Positions 1 through 9,851 of a DNA stretch of 64,000 bases are shown piece after piece. The notes beneath the pieces are model-generated. The model saw nothing but the letters and a program-made list of their open reading frames with translations. It ran no database searches and was not told the origin of the DNA. The stretch comes from a virus. Its lineage: Duplodnaviria; Caudoviricetes. Location of the stretch: the IMG/VR virus record IMGVR_UViG_3300047313_000015, positions 1 to 64,000 of that record. One strand, 5' to 3'. The translations under genes and the position numbers were made by a program. Numbering within the stretch: the first letter of the stretch is position 1; every line of letters starts with the position of its first letter.

Positions 1-160
1 TCCTATCGAGTATCCGGAGGCACCGCAGTGAGCTGCTGGACGATTGGCCGTTGTGTTCACGTTCACGGTACCTATGTAACCCCAACGCCTATCATCCCGC
101 TTCAGCCGGTGAAAATCCCGGCGGCCTTCCGAAAAGCAACCACGCAAAGAGAGGCAGACA

Positions 161-532
161 ATGCAACTGCAACGGGACAGACTGACGAACCTGATGGACA
201 GCATACTGGGAAAAATCAAACTGTCGGATAAGGTCAAGGGAGAGGCGTCCGGCCCTCAGCTTGTCTACGTGATGGGTCCTGACGGGCCTGCGGGCGTTGA
301 CATGGGCTGGCAGTTCACTGTCTGGCTGGAGCATAACAAGCTCCTCGGTCAGGACCCTGTGGGCGTAACAGTCCCGGTGAACATCCTGCTGCCGTCGGAG
401 GATATCGTGAGGGTGGTTACTACGAGGCTGCTGGACGAGGCCCGTAAGATGCGTCATCAGGCAACGGAGACTGTGGCAGCGGAAGGAAAGGCGAGCATGG
501 CGGAGGCGATGAGGCAAGTCGGTAGGACGTAA
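161..532 (+). CDS. hypothetical phage protein
   Basis: 123-aa ORF with GAGAGG RBS, in + strand operon. Confidence 0.75.
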   Translation: MQLQRDRLTNLMDSILGKIKLSDKVKGEASGPQLVYVMGPDGPAGVDMGWQFTVWLEHNKLLGQDPVGVTVPVNILLPSEDIVRVVTTRLLDEARKMRHQATETVAAEGKASMAEAMRQVGRT

Positions 533-580
533 ACCAGTGAGGTAGTCATGGACGGACGAGCCAGAAGAAGAAGGTGGCCC

Positions 581-832
581 ATGAGCAGGCTAGCTCCCCC
601 TAAGGCTGCGGCAAAACCAGCAGAGCAGGTCAAGAGATCGTTCGGCCGCCACTACTGTGACCGCTGCGGTGTTGACCGGGATGGCAACGATATCTCTGCT
701 GCCAGGTACAAGATCATTACCAAGAAAAACGGGCCTCTCTACCTGTGCCGTCATCACTACCTTGAGCACAGCCACATCTTCCTGGCCGCAGATTACCCTG
801 TCTCCCTCGAAGAGGTTGACACCCACGTGTAA
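581..832 (+). CDS. small Zn-binding protein (CDRCG...LCxHH, resembles small actinobacterial DUF7455-like proteins)
   Basis: CDRC and LCRHH motifs; AAGGTGG RBS before ATG 581 (alternative start 548). Confidence 0.65.
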   Translation: MSRLAPPKAAAKPAEQVKRSFGRHYCDRCGVDRDGNDISAARYKIITKKNGPLYLCRHHYLEHSHIFLAADYPVSLEEVDTHV

Positions 833-843
833 GGTGGTACACT
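833..843 (+). promoter_or_regulatory. extended -10 promoter for a leaderless mRNA
   Basis: GGTGG-TACACT followed by 6 nt and then ATG 850. Confidence 0.55.
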
Positions 844-849
844 GGTTCT

Positions 850-1173
850 ATGGACACCACCGAGACTCAGACAGAGCGAGTGTGCGGCTACCGTAGCTGC
901 GGCAAGAGCCTGAAGGGCCGCCACGGCAAGACCCGGTACTGCAACAGCGAGTGCCGCACGTTGCAGCTTACTACCAAGATCGATGACGTGACTGGCGAGG
1001 AGCGCGAGCTTCGCGTTTCGTTCGGCTGCGAAAACCCCCGCGCTCAGCAGGCCGAGATCACGCCACGCTATCAGGGCCGCCGTCACCCCTACGCGGGTGA
1101 CCGTCCTCAGTGGTCTGGCTACTGCGTCTACATGGACTGCGAGTGCTCATGCCATGGAGGCGACGATGCCTGA
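850..1173 (+). CDS. Cys-rich Zn-finger protein
   Basis: CGYRSC...YCNSEC and C-terminal CxxxxCxCxCH. Confidence 0.7.
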   Translation: MDTTETQTERVCGYRSCGKSLKGRHGKTRYCNSECRTLQLTTKIDDVTGEERELRVSFGCENPRAQQAEITPRYQGRRHPYAGDRPQWSGYCVYMDCECSCHGGDDA

Positions 1174-1477
1174 ACCCGGCGGAGACTGGAAGAACTATCT
1201 GCATGTCAATGACGACGGGATGACCATCTCAGTCAGAAACAACAAGAACACACCATGGACCGAAGCCCAGACCTGGTCCCTGAGTGAGGCCGAGCAGCTA
1301 GTCGGTGCGCTCCGGGACACGGTCATGCGTGCTCGCCTGTCCACCCCGTCCGTGAAAAAACTAGCTAACCTGCTTCGTGATCTGGACGGTGAGTCATCCT
1401 TCGAGCACATCGCCCTGACCCTGGTCGATATGGGCTGGCACGACCTAGCCGCCTGCCCTTTCGGCAGATGCAGATAA
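1166..1477 (+). CDS. hypothetical protein
   Basis: GGAGG RBS before ATG 1166, overlaps upstream stop. Confidence 0.65.
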   Translation: MPEPGGDWKNYLHVNDDGMTISVRNNKNTPWTEAQTWSLSEAEQLVGALRDTVMRARLSTPSVKKLANLLRDLDGESSFEHIALTLVDMGWHDLAACPFGRCR

Positions 1478-1490
1478 AAGTGGAGGCAAC

Positions 1491-3272
1491 GTGTCAGAGC
1501 CAGTAGGCTTCGACCTGGAAACCAGTTCAGCGGATCAGCTTTTCCTGGCTGAGCGCGGCGAGTTCATCAGGATAGCCGGTTATACCGAGGGCGACGGGGT
1601 TGCCCATACAACCGATATGGATCTGCTGATCAAGCAGCTAGATACGGCACCGTGGAACTACTCTCATGGCGGGCTTACCTTCGACCTGCTGGCTCTGGCG
1701 CATCACCATGCCAGTCCTGAGTGGTGGGATGAGATCACCCGCAAGTCAGTGGACACGGAAATCCTGGCCCGGCTGGATTACCCTCCCACGGCCCGGGATA
1801 CTGGTGGGTCAGCGGACAAGTACAGCCTCGATATCGTAGCCCAGCGGCTCGGTGTCCAGGGCAAGACAGCAGACCTGAAGGAGATCGCCAAGCAGTTCGG
1901 CGGATACGGGAACATTCCCGTGGACAATCCGGAGTACCTGGACTACCTGGCCGGTGACGTGAATGCCATCCGGGCTCTCATCGGACTGCTGCCGAATTCA
2001 CCTCAGGTCAAAGGTCAGGGTTTTGAATACGCCGCCCGCGAGCACAAGGTGGCCGCACTCAACGGGCGGATGACCCTCAACGGTTTCCGCGTTGATATCC
2101 CGCTGAATGAGGAGCGGATCGCCCAGGGCGAGGAGCGAAAGACCCGCGCACTGGAAACACTGCGGGACATATTCGACCTGCCGCTGGGCAAATTCAACTG
2201 GACCGGCCGTGGTGATGACAAGATCGAGACCTGGCTGGATTTCGAGAACCCGCTGGCCTCACTTGAAGGCCGCAAATGGCTCATCAACGTGTGGAAAGCC
2301 TACGGTGTGCAGAACCCGCCTATCACCGAGACGGGTCAGCTATCCACAAAGGCTGATCATCTGAAGCCAATCGCGGAATCACCGGTCTCGCACCCGGATC
2401 TTCAGTACCTTCTCCAGTTGATGATGATCGTTACCACCACCCGGACGGTCTACCAGACGGTGGCGGATCATCTGGCTGGTGACAGGGTGCACCCGCTGAT
2501 CGTTATGCGGCAGGCGTCCGGCCGTAGTTCGGTTACCGCACCAGGTCTGACCGTGTTCGGCAAGCGTGGTGGCCGCCATGTGGAGCGCGATATCTTCCTG
2601 CCTGAGGAAGGACACAGGCTGCTGTCGGCTGACCTCAGCCAGGTGGACATGAGGGCCGTGGCGGGGCACTGTCAGGACAAGGCATACATGCGGCTGTTCG
2701 AGCCAGGCAATGACCTGCACTCCGAGATCGCCGCACAGGTATTCGGTGATATGCCCCGGGACGCACATGGTAACCACCCTCGTCGCCAGGACGCCAAGGC
2801 GATTGGTCACGGTGCTAACTATGGTCTCGGTGCTAACAAGATGATCGAGAGCGGGTTCGACCCGGAGATCGTGGAAACCTTCTTCACGCAGATGCGGAAG
2901 AGCTTCCCACGGCTGATCCAGTGGCAGAATGAAGTCAGGGCCATAGCAAAGTCAGGACAGCTTCTCGACAATGGCTTCGGCCGTAAGATGCGCCCGGATC
3001 CAATCCGTGCGTACACACAGGGACCGGCTCTCATGGGTCAGGGCGGTGCGTCTGATATCATGAAGCAGGCGCTGCTCAGGATGCCGCCGGAGTTCCGTCC
3101 GTACCTCCGGGTGACGGTTCATGACGAAATCGTGATGAGCGTGCCGGAAGGGGACTTCACCGAGATCGCCAGGGAAGTGCAGAAGGCAATGACCTTCGAC
3201 TTCCGGGGAGTTCCGATTTTGTGTGATGTCTCTCAACCCGGAGCATCGTGGGGTGAGGTCAGTGCCAAGTAG
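1491..3272 (+). CDS. polA: DNA polymerase, family A (3'-5' exonuclease + polymerase)
   Basis: ExoI FDLET, motif A ADLSQVDMR, motif B RQDAKAIGHGANYG, motif C VHDEI. Confidence 0.95.
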   Translation: MSEPVGFDLETSSADQLFLAERGEFIRIAGYTEGDGVAHTTDMDLLIKQLDTAPWNYSHGGLTFDLLALAHHHASPEWWDEITRKSVDTEILARLDYPPTARDTGGSADKYSLDIVAQRLGVQGKTADLKEIAKQFGGYGNIPVDNPEYLDYLAGDVNAIRALIGLLPNSPQVKGQGFEYAAREHKVAALNGRMTLNGFRVDIPLNEERIAQGEERKTRALETLRDIFDLPLGKFNWTGRGDDKIETWLDFENPLASLEGRKWLINVWKAYGVQNPPITETGQLSTKADHLKPIAESPVSHPDLQYLLQLMMIVTTTRTVYQTVADHLAGDRVHPLIVMRQASGRSSVTAPGLTVFGKRGGRHVERDIFLPEEGHRLLSADLSQVDMRAVAGHCQDKAYMRLFEPGNDLHSEIAAQVFGDMPRDAHGNHPRRQDAKAIGHGANYGLGANKMIESGFDPEIVETFFTQMRKSFPRLIQWQNEVRAIAKSGQLLDNGFGRKMRPDPIRAYTQGPALMGQGGASDIMKQALLRMPPEFRPYLRVTVHDEIVMSVPEGDFTEIAREVQKAMTFDFRGVPILCDVSQPGASWGEVSAK

Positions 3273-3450
3273 CGCGATAGAATGCCCGCTGTGCCAGCAG
3301 CAGACAATCCTCCGCAAGGATGGTAAGCTGGAACTGCACGGCAGTACCCCGCCCGGTCATTGCACTGGATCGGGCCACAGTCTGTACCGTGTAAAACGGC
3401 TGGTAGCCACCGGTCAGCAGGATCTGCTGGCGTCATGGCCAAGGGCGTAG
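3262..3450 (+). CDS. small Zn-ribbon protein
   Basis: CPLC...H...CTGSG motif; overlaps the polymerase stop. Confidence 0.55.
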   Translation: MPSSAIECPLCQQQTILRKDGKLELHGSTPPGHCTGSGHSLYRVKRLVATGQQDLLASWPRA

Positions 3451-3455
3451 ATGAT

Positions 3456-3572
3456 ATGATCCTGATTTTTACGATCATCGTATTCTCCCTCAGCGGAGGC
3501 ACGGGACTATGGAGCCTGTGGCTGTTCATAGACTGGGCCGCCCACGGATTCCCGCAACGATTCGAGCAGTAA
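3456..3572 (+). CDS. small membrane protein
   Basis: hydrophobic 38-aa ORF in the operon. Confidence 0.5.
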   Translation: MILIFTIIVFSLSGGTGLWSLWLFIDWAAHGFPQRFEQ

Positions 3573-3592
3573 ACAGAGGCAGGAGAGAGGCC

Positions 3593-3817
3593 ATGAAAGA
3601 CGCTTTCAATACCAAGATCTCAGTAGGCGACTCAGTGGTATTCGTCACGCTGCTGGGGCACAAGCCCGTGCTCAACCGGGCAACGGTTCTCCAGGCCGAG
3701 GAAGAGCGCATTCAGGTCCGGCCCTTCGCCCGGTCGATAGAGCCACGGTACAAGGTGCGGGAAATGCGATGGCTGCATCAGCCCGAGAACACCGTTAAAG
3801 TATCGATGAACGTTTGA
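3593..3817 (+). CDS. hypothetical protein (SH3-like beta barrel)
   Basis: GGAGAGAGG RBS; D..G..I.VGD.V-type start common in phage small proteins. Confidence 0.65.
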   Translation: MKDAFNTKISVGDSVVFVTLLGHKPVLNRATVLQAEEERIQVRPFARSIEPRYKVREMRWLHQPENTVKVSMNV

Positions 3818-3827
3818 CGAGGTGAAC

Positions 3828-4190
3828 ATGACCAACCACACGGACTACAGCATAGACGACTGGACTAACATTCTGGAGCCTTACGGGTACGTGGACATCA
3901 CCACACACGCTCCAGCGTGCCTGCACGGCTCTCCGCATCTGATTAGCATCCGGTTCAATATTGCTCTGAAGGAAGAGACAGTCGATACCAAACTCAACGA
4001 ATGGGAACGGCGCCTAAAGGTGATGAATACCGCCAGGCTTGCCGTAGAGGCAGTGCAAGCGCATGGATTCACTCTCGAAGACGCACCCCGGATAGAGTTT
4101 GGCGGTAACTACTACCACCTCATGGGACGCCAGGAGATTATCTGGAACGCGGAAGCCAGATTGATGTTCGAGGTTTACACTACATACTGA
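3828..4190 (+). CDS. hypothetical protein
   Basis: GAGGTG RBS, operon position. Confidence 0.65.
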   Translation: MTNHTDYSIDDWTNILEPYGYVDITTHAPACLHGSPHLISIRFNIALKEETVDTKLNEWERRLKVMNTARLAVEAVQAHGFTLEDAPRIEFGGNYYHLMGRQEIIWNAEARLMFEVYTTY

Positions 4191-4205
4191 GGAAAAGAGG
4201 CAAAC

Positions 4206-4817
4206 ATGACATTCGTTATAGGGCTTGACCTGGACGGAGTGTGCTACAACTTCGTCCGTACCGCCAATTACATGCTCCGGAAAAGAATTTCGGACAGGGG
4301 CGAAGCGATCCCGGAGGTTCTGACCCGAGACTGGAATTACTGGCACGAGATCGAGGAGAAGATCAGCACCGAGGATTTCATGTGGCTCTGGACAGACGCC
4401 GCAGGGGCGGGGCTCTTCCGCTATGGCCATGTCATCAACGGTGCTATCGAGGGAGTCCGGGACCTCAGCACCTTTGGCGATGTTGTAGCTATTACTCACC
4501 GGCCAAAGGCTGCTGTTCATGACACGCTGGCATGGCTGACGTTTATGTTTGATCAGTCACCCCTCGCTGGCGTAGTGATTCAGTCCCATGGGCAGAAGAA
4601 AAGCGAAGTGCTTCCCACCCCAGACGTGTATATCGATGATGCTATCCATGTCGCAGAAGAAATTCTGGACAATATCGAGTCGGACGTAGTTCTTTTTGAT
4701 CAGCCATGGAACCAGGACTACCCCGGGAATGATCGTCTCACCCGTGCTAAGGGATGGGGCGACGTAATTGAAGCGGTATCGCGCATAAGAGATGAGGCAT
4801 ACTATGCGGGAGTTTGA
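4206..4817 (+). CDS. 5'(3')-deoxyribonucleotidase, HAD superfamily
   Basis: DLDGV motif I, ITHR, YIDD, FDQPWN typical of NT5C. Confidence 0.85.
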   Translation: MTFVIGLDLDGVCYNFVRTANYMLRKRISDRGEAIPEVLTRDWNYWHEIEEKISTEDFMWLWTDAAGAGLFRYGHVINGAIEGVRDLSTFGDVVAITHRPKAAVHDTLAWLTFMFDQSPLAGVVIQSHGQKKSEVLPTPDVYIDDAIHVAEEILDNIESDVVLFDQPWNQDYPGNDRLTRAKGWGDVIEAVSRIRDEAYYAGV

Positions 4818-5364
4818 CACCGGGGCAACCCGGGACAATGACGAGAACAAACTAGATTACGAAGGTTTCCTGTCACCCATCGTGCTGGAACGATTCGCCT
4901 GGTACATGCACCTGCACCGGCAGCAGGCCGATGGTAAGCTGCGTTCGGCAGACAACTGGCAAAAGGGCATGCCGCTCGACGTTTACATGAAGAGCCTGTT
5001 CCGGCACTTCATGGACCTGTGGGCTATCCACAGGGGTGAAGAACAAATCGCCATTAACGTGTACACCGAGGAAGTTCTTTGCGCGATCATGTTCAACGTG
5101 ATGGGTTATCTCCACACGGTGCTGAAGGCGCAGACCCCGGATGACACGGGACAGAAAGCCTTTGCCTCCCGGTTCTCGTCCTACGAGGGTCGCCTGCATC
5201 CGGGTGAAACGGTGTCCGGCCCTGATGGCCGCCTGTACCAGGGACAGGTGATGGTCAGTGGCGCTGACCTGGAGAAGGTGCTGGTCGAGGCGGCTGAGCT
5301 GGTAGGCGGTAAGGACAACGCGGCATATACCCGGCTGCTTGCTGCGGTAGGTGTCCAGCAGTAA
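4804..5364 (+). CDS. dATP/dGTP diphosphohydrolase-like (DUF5664-type) protein
   Basis: FDTGATRD..KLDY, DNWQKGMP, SLFRH, AIMFN motifs. Confidence 0.7.
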   Translation: MREFDTGATRDNDENKLDYEGFLSPIVLERFAWYMHLHRQQADGKLRSADNWQKGMPLDVYMKSLFRHFMDLWAIHRGEEQIAINVYTEEVLCAIMFNVMGYLHTVLKAQTPDDTGQKAFASRFSSYEGRLHPGETVSGPDGRLYQGQVMVSGADLEKVLVEAAELVGGKDNAAYTRLLAAVGVQQ

Positions 5365-5399
5365 TCAAACAACCGTAGAGGCACTTATGAAAGGAAGCC

Positions 5400-6005
5400 A
5401 TGACCATCTTCTACGGAGACTATTCCAGTTTTCAGGCGGGTGTCGATCTGAGCGGCACAGTAGCCGCCTGCATCAAGGCCACCGAGGGAACGTTCTACTC
5501 CAACCCTGCATATGGCGCTACCCGAACGGAAGCCATTATGCAGGGTGCTTATGTGTTTGCCTATCATTTCCTGCGTGCGGGCAATGGTGACGCTCAGGCC
5601 GATTTCTACTATAGCCAGCGCGGGAACCGTCCGGTGATGGTGGACTGGGAGGTAGCCGGTGACGGATCACACCCGAGCCTGACCGACATGTTCAACTTCA
5701 TCAACGGCGTGAACAACCGTGGTGGCCGGTGCCACCTGGCCTACATCCCGCACTGGTTCTGGCAGCAGGTTGGATCTCCTGATCTGACCGGCCTGCGGCA
5801 GTGGCCGGTACGGCTGGTAAGCTCGCAGTATACCGCTTACAGCGACACCGGCCCAGGCTGGTTTCCTTATGGTGGCATGTACCCGCAGATCTGGCAGTAC
5901 ACGGACAACTTCAGCATGAACGGCACCCGGTGTGACTTCAACGCTTTCAGGGGGACCGTTCAGCAGCTTGCCGACATGGCAGAGACCGGAGCACTACCAC
6001 AGTGA
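5400..6005 (+). CDS. GH25 muramidase, catalytic domain only
   Basis: DYSSFQ, IKATEG, AYHF, DWE, WQYT, DFN motifs. Confidence 0.88.
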   Translation: MTIFYGDYSSFQAGVDLSGTVAACIKATEGTFYSNPAYGATRTEAIMQGAYVFAYHFLRAGNGDAQADFYYSQRGNRPVMVDWEVAGDGSHPSLTDMFNFINGVNNRGGRCHLAYIPHWFWQQVGSPDLTGLRQWPVRLVSSQYTAYSDTGPGWFPYGGMYPQIWQYTDNFSMNGTRCDFNAFRGTVQQLADMAETGALPQ

Positions 6006-6139
6006 TCGAGAATGTAAGGGTCGTGATGCGGCGATGGGAGGCCATCGTCTATCTCGGTGAGGATCTCGTCGGGGTGACACTGCGGGCGAGGGTGACGGAC
6101 TGATTTACTACAACTCACTAGAGGCATTCGAGGCAGACT

Positions 6140-6295
6140 ATGGCGAAATCACAGATCCGTAAAACAGTGGAGAAGAAGGTGTTCGGGCCGTGCGGGACTT
6201 GTGGCAGGACTAACACACCCGGCCACACTTGCCGCCTGAGGTTCACCCCGGCAAACGCCGCCAGGCTCAAGAGCCGGATGGACAAGCGAAAATGA
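6140..6295 (+). CDS. small basic Zn-binding protein (51 aa)
   Basis: MAKSQIRK...CGTCG...HTC; GAGG RBS; ATGA overlap with the next gene. Confidence 0.55.
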   Translation: MAKSQIRKTVEKKVFGPCGTCGRTNTPGHTCRLRFTPANAARLKSRMDKRK

Positions 6296-6429
6296 CCAGC
6301 CTCTTCATGGACGTCCTGGATGATCTGAAGGACTGGCTGAGAGAAGAAGAAACCCGGGAAGAACTGGCACCTTCCTCATGTGAGGCCGTCCTGGACAAGA
6401 TCAAGGAACTGGAAGAACTTAACAGCTAA
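6292..6429 (+). CDS. small acidic protein
   Basis: ATGA-coupled to the upstream ORF. Confidence 0.55.
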   Translation: MTSLFMDVLDDLKDWLREEETREELAPSSCEAVLDKIKELEELNS

Positions 6430-6447
6430 CCCCGGAAAGGGAACTGA

Positions 6448-8514
6448 ATGAAAGACTGGGCAGCTATCCGTGCCAGGGAAAAGACCACAAGAGATAGAGA
6501 CGAGGAATTTCATTATCTTAGTTTCCGCATGTCCGATGAATTCTTCCATGAGTGGCAGGATACTGAACCAGACTGGGGCTTTCCAATCGGTGGCAATAAC
6601 ACGCTGGGAGAGTACGCGTGGGTGACCAAATACTCCAGGCTCAAGGAAGACGGAACCAAGGAACGGTTCTGGGAAGGACTGCGCCGGGTAATAGAGGGCA
6701 TGTACAGCATTCAGAAGGACCACGCCCTGCGCAACCGGCTGCCATGGAATGAGTACACCGCGCACAAGAGCGCGCAGGAAGCCTATACCCGTGCGTTCGC
6801 TGGTAAGTGGTCACCGCCCGGCCGTGGCTTCTGGATGATGGGCACGGAATTTGTCAACGGCAGGAATGACTCCTCTGCCTTGCAGAACTGCGCCTTCCTG
6901 TCCACCGCCCGCATAGCGGAGGATCCGGCCAAGGCGTCCGAGCCCTTCTCTACTCTCATGAACATGAGCATGCTCGGTATCGGTGTCGGGTTCGACACGG
7001 CAGGCGCTGGCAAAGTGGAGATCCATGACCCGCGAGAGAGCAATAGCACCTTCACGATTGAGGATAGCCGTGAGGGATGGTGCAAGTCGGTTGACCGGCT
7101 GCTGCTCGCTTACCTTCAACCGAACAAGACGATTCCTGCGTTCGACTACAGTATGGTCCGCAGGGCCGGAAGTCCTATCAGGGGGTTCGGGGGTACATCA
7201 GCCGGACCAAAGCCGCTTAGGAAGCTGCACAGGCAGCTACAGAGCCTACTGAGGGACCGTGCCGGTGAGATGCTCACCTCCACCGACATCGTTGACATCA
7301 TGAACATGATCGGCAAGTGCGTGATCGCTGCCAACGTGCGAAGCTCGGCGGAGATCGCACTGGGCTCATCCGACGATGAGGCCTTCCTGGACCTGAAGGA
7401 CTACCGGGTCAACCCGGATCGCATGGGTCCGGACGGCTGGGGCTACACTTCCAACAATTCCGTTATTGCCCGGGTAGGGGAAGATTACAGTCCACTGGCT
7501 GAAAGGATGGCACTCAATGGGGAGCCTGGTATTCTATGGCTCGATGTGGTACGAAGTCATGGACGACTCGTTGACGGAATCAACACAAAGGATCATCGCG
7601 CAGCAGGTTGTAATCCATGCGGGGAACAACCTCTTGAAGACAACGAACTATGTACCCTGGTGGAAACTTACCCGACCAGATGTTCAGATCTCGATGACTA
7701 CAAGCGCACACTGAAGTTCGCTTACCTGTACGGCAAGACCGTCACACTGCTCATGACCCAGTGGCCAAAAACCAATGAGGTCATGATCCGTAACCGCAGG
7801 ATCGGCACCTCCATGACTGGCATTGCCCAGTTCGCGGAACAGCACGGATGGTCAGAACTACGGAAGTGGCAGGACGAAGGTTACCGGGAGATCCGCCGCT
7901 GGGACGAGATCTACTCCGAATGGCTGGGCGTGCGTGAGTCGATCAGGGTCACCACCGTCAAGCCGTCCGGCACCGTCAGTCTCCTGTTCGGTGTTACGCC
8001 TGGCTGTCACTGGCCGAAGGCGTCAGGCCGCTATATTCGCACGGTAAGAGAGAACGCTGGCAGCCCCATCGTGGAACTGATGCGGGAAGCCGGTTATCAC
8101 GTAGAGCCATCGATCTCCAACCCGGAAACCACGATGGTCATCTACCTTCCCACCGAGGGACCGGAGATGCGCAGCGAGGCAGAAGTGAGCATCTGGGAAA
8201 AGGCATCCCTGGCAGCTCATTGCCAGCGCTGGTGGTCAGACAACTCCGTGTCGGTTACCCTCACCTTTAATCCGGATAAGGAAGCCGATCAGATCGTTCC
8301 GGTTCTAGGTGCGTTCGACGGCCAGCTCAAGTCGGTATCGTTCCTTCCGGACGCGGAGGGTGTCTATGTCCAGGCACCGTACCAGAAGTGGACAACGGCT
8401 TTGTCGCTCGGGCTGAAGAAACTCGACTGGGACCGGCTCTACGATGGCCCAGGCGGTCAGGACGCGCAGGGGGAAAGATTCTGTAACAACGATTCGTGTG
8501 AAGTTTCACGATGA
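6448..8514 (+). CDS. nrdJ: class II (adenosylcobalamin-dependent) ribonucleoside-triphosphate reductase
   Basis: PPGRG, NCAF, NPCGEQ, TTVKPSGTVS, C-terminal CxxxxC. Confidence 0.93.
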   Translation: MKDWAAIRAREKTTRDRDEEFHYLSFRMSDEFFHEWQDTEPDWGFPIGGNNTLGEYAWVTKYSRLKEDGTKERFWEGLRRVIEGMYSIQKDHALRNRLPWNEYTAHKSAQEAYTRAFAGKWSPPGRGFWMMGTEFVNGRNDSSALQNCAFLSTARIAEDPAKASEPFSTLMNMSMLGIGVGFDTAGAGKVEIHDPRESNSTFTIEDSREGWCKSVDRLLLAYLQPNKTIPAFDYSMVRRAGSPIRGFGGTSAGPKPLRKLHRQLQSLLRDRAGEMLTSTDIVDIMNMIGKCVIAANVRSSAEIALGSSDDEAFLDLKDYRVNPDRMGPDGWGYTSNNSVIARVGEDYSPLAERMALNGEPGILWLDVVRSHGRLVDGINTKDHRAAGCNPCGEQPLEDNELCTLVETYPTRCSDLDDYKRTLKFAYLYGKTVTLLMTQWPKTNEVMIRNRRIGTSMTGIAQFAEQHGWSELRKWQDEGYREIRRWDEIYSEWLGVRESIRVTTVKPSGTVSLLFGVTPGCHWPKASGRYIRTVRENAGSPIVELMREAGYHVEPSISNPETTMVIYLPTEGPEMRSEAEVSIWEKASLAAHCQRWWSDNSVSVTLTFNPDKEADQIVPVLGAFDGQLKSVSFLPDAEGVYVQAPYQKWTTALSLGLKKLDWDRLYDGPGGQDAQGERFCNNDSCEVSR

Positions 8515-8657
8515 TTCGCTTTTTGTACTGGGACTCGGTTAATTTCTGGCGCGTAGCACCGCACAAACATGCCGTGTTCCCCAGCCATTGGTACGACAAA
8601 GATTCGACCCGGCGTATATGCGGACGATGCCACCGCTGGTACGAGCCACCTGCATAA
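8511..8657 (+). CDS. small CxxC protein (48 aa)
   Basis: ATGA overlap with the nrdJ stop; CGRC. Confidence 0.45.
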   Translation: MIRFLYWDSVNFWRVAPHKHAVFPSHWYDKDSTRRICGRCHRWYEPPA

Positions 8658-8700
8658 AAACAACCACCTGCGGTACACAGCAGGAAGCCAGTTTTACGCA

Positions 8701-8737
8701 GGCGACCCTCTGATGTATGAGGTCAGGGGGTTGTTTG
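8701..8737 (+). terminator. intrinsic terminator
   Basis: GGCGACCCTCTGA / TCAGGGGGTTGTT stem with T-rich tail. Confidence 0.55.
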
Positions 8738-8747
8738 CTGTCCGGGG

Positions 8748-8777
8748 TTGGCAGCTTGATCGATCTTGTGCTATGCT
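8748..8777 (+). promoter_or_regulatory. sigma70-type promoter
   Basis: TTGGCA-18nt-TATGCT with TG extension, just after the terminator. Confidence 0.5.
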
Positions 8778-8928
8778 GCTTGCAGCCGGACGATACCGGT
8801 GGTACCCTACAAGTGAAGGCCTGCCGCCACTGGGTAGGTTCCGGTCTCCCGGAACCGTGGTGATCAGTACGTAGTTGCTGATCACTTGAAAATCCCGGTG
8901 GGCAGGCCTTTATCCAGGAAGGATAACC

Positions 8929-9441
8929 ATGAGCAACAGTACCATGGAACGTACAAGAACCTGCTCCGTCTGCGGGGAACCGATCACCGAGCGCAACAAA
9001 ACCGGCATCTGCGCCCGGACTTTCGATTGCCGGTCAGCCCTGCAAGGGGTGAGACATGCCAACGCGAAGAGCGGGAAAACCACCCACGTTGAGCTGCTCC
9101 TGCCGCCCGCTTACGAGCTGGAAGACGAGGGCGATGAGTATGCCCGGGATGCGCTGGGTAATCTCATCGAGATGGTAGACGAGACCGCCATCCGGATCGC
9201 GGTGTCCGGTGTCCGGTGCGTACCGATGACCGAACGGGAGCGGCGCATCGCCGTGCAGAAGATGATCGATCTGGGGTACCGTCTCAGAGAGATCGCCGCC
9301 AACATCGGCACCAGCTCCACCAAGATCCGTCCTGTGATCGAGGGCCTGGGCTACGAGCTGATTCCGAGGCGCCATCCAGGAGGTCATGGACTGCGGGAAG
9401 CTACCGAGATCAGAAAAATCAGGGATGAGGTTGCAAGCTGA
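8929..9441 (+). CDS. HTH DNA-binding protein with N-terminal Zn motif
   Basis: CSVCG...C; C-terminal LREIAANIGTS HTH; GGAAGG RBS. Confidence 0.7.
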   Translation: MSNSTMERTRTCSVCGEPITERNKTGICARTFDCRSALQGVRHANAKSGKTTHVELLLPPAYELEDEGDEYARDALGNLIEMVDETAIRIAVSGVRCVPMTERERRIAVQKMIDLGYRLREIAANIGTSSTKIRPVIEGLGYELIPRRHPGGHGLREATEIRKIRDEVAS

Positions 9442-9492
9442 CGCGAGAGCGTGTATGCTGACACTAACAACGATCAGCCAGGAGGCAAGACG

Positions 9493-9684
9493 ATGGCCAA
9501 CGGCCAGACGGCAGGGGCGCACGGTACGACCCGGCGTAACTCACTGCCCCGGGTCAGCTCACCGCAGGGAAGAGCGGCACGTCAGAAGAGGCGAGCCGCC
9601 GCCACCCCTGTCACATCCGACAAGTTCCGGAGCGGCTACACGCGGCCTGGTTCCGGGAACCCTCGCAAGGTGGGGAGAGGCTGA
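9493..9684 (+). CDS. small very basic protein
   Basis: GGAGG RBS; R/K-rich. Confidence 0.6.
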   Translation: MANGQTAGAHGTTRRNSLPRVSSPQGRAARQKRRAAATPVTSDKFRSGYTRPGSGNPRKVGRG

Positions 9685-9686
9685 CC

Positions 9687-9851
9687 ATGCACAAGAACGA
9701 CCTACAGGAGCGCCTGGTGTCCAAGCACCCGGGCAGCAAGCTCCACAAGCGCGGCAAGTCCCTGCGCCAGAAGCACCGGGACAAGATTGTGAAGCTGAGG
9801 CGGATCCGTGAGGCACGGGTCCTGACGGTACGGAGGAAGCGAAATGCCTAA
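9687..9851 (+). CDS. small very basic protein (54 aa)
   Basis: GGAGAGG RBS; MHKNDLQERLVSKHPGSKLHKRGKSLRQKHR... Confidence 0.55.
   Translation: MHKNDLQERLVSKHPGSKLHKRGKSLRQKHRDKIVKLRRIREARVLTVRRKRNA

Noticed and set aside
4804-5364. Z-base (diaminopurine) genome system
   Set aside because: A DUF5664-like gene alone is insufficient; no purZ in the window.
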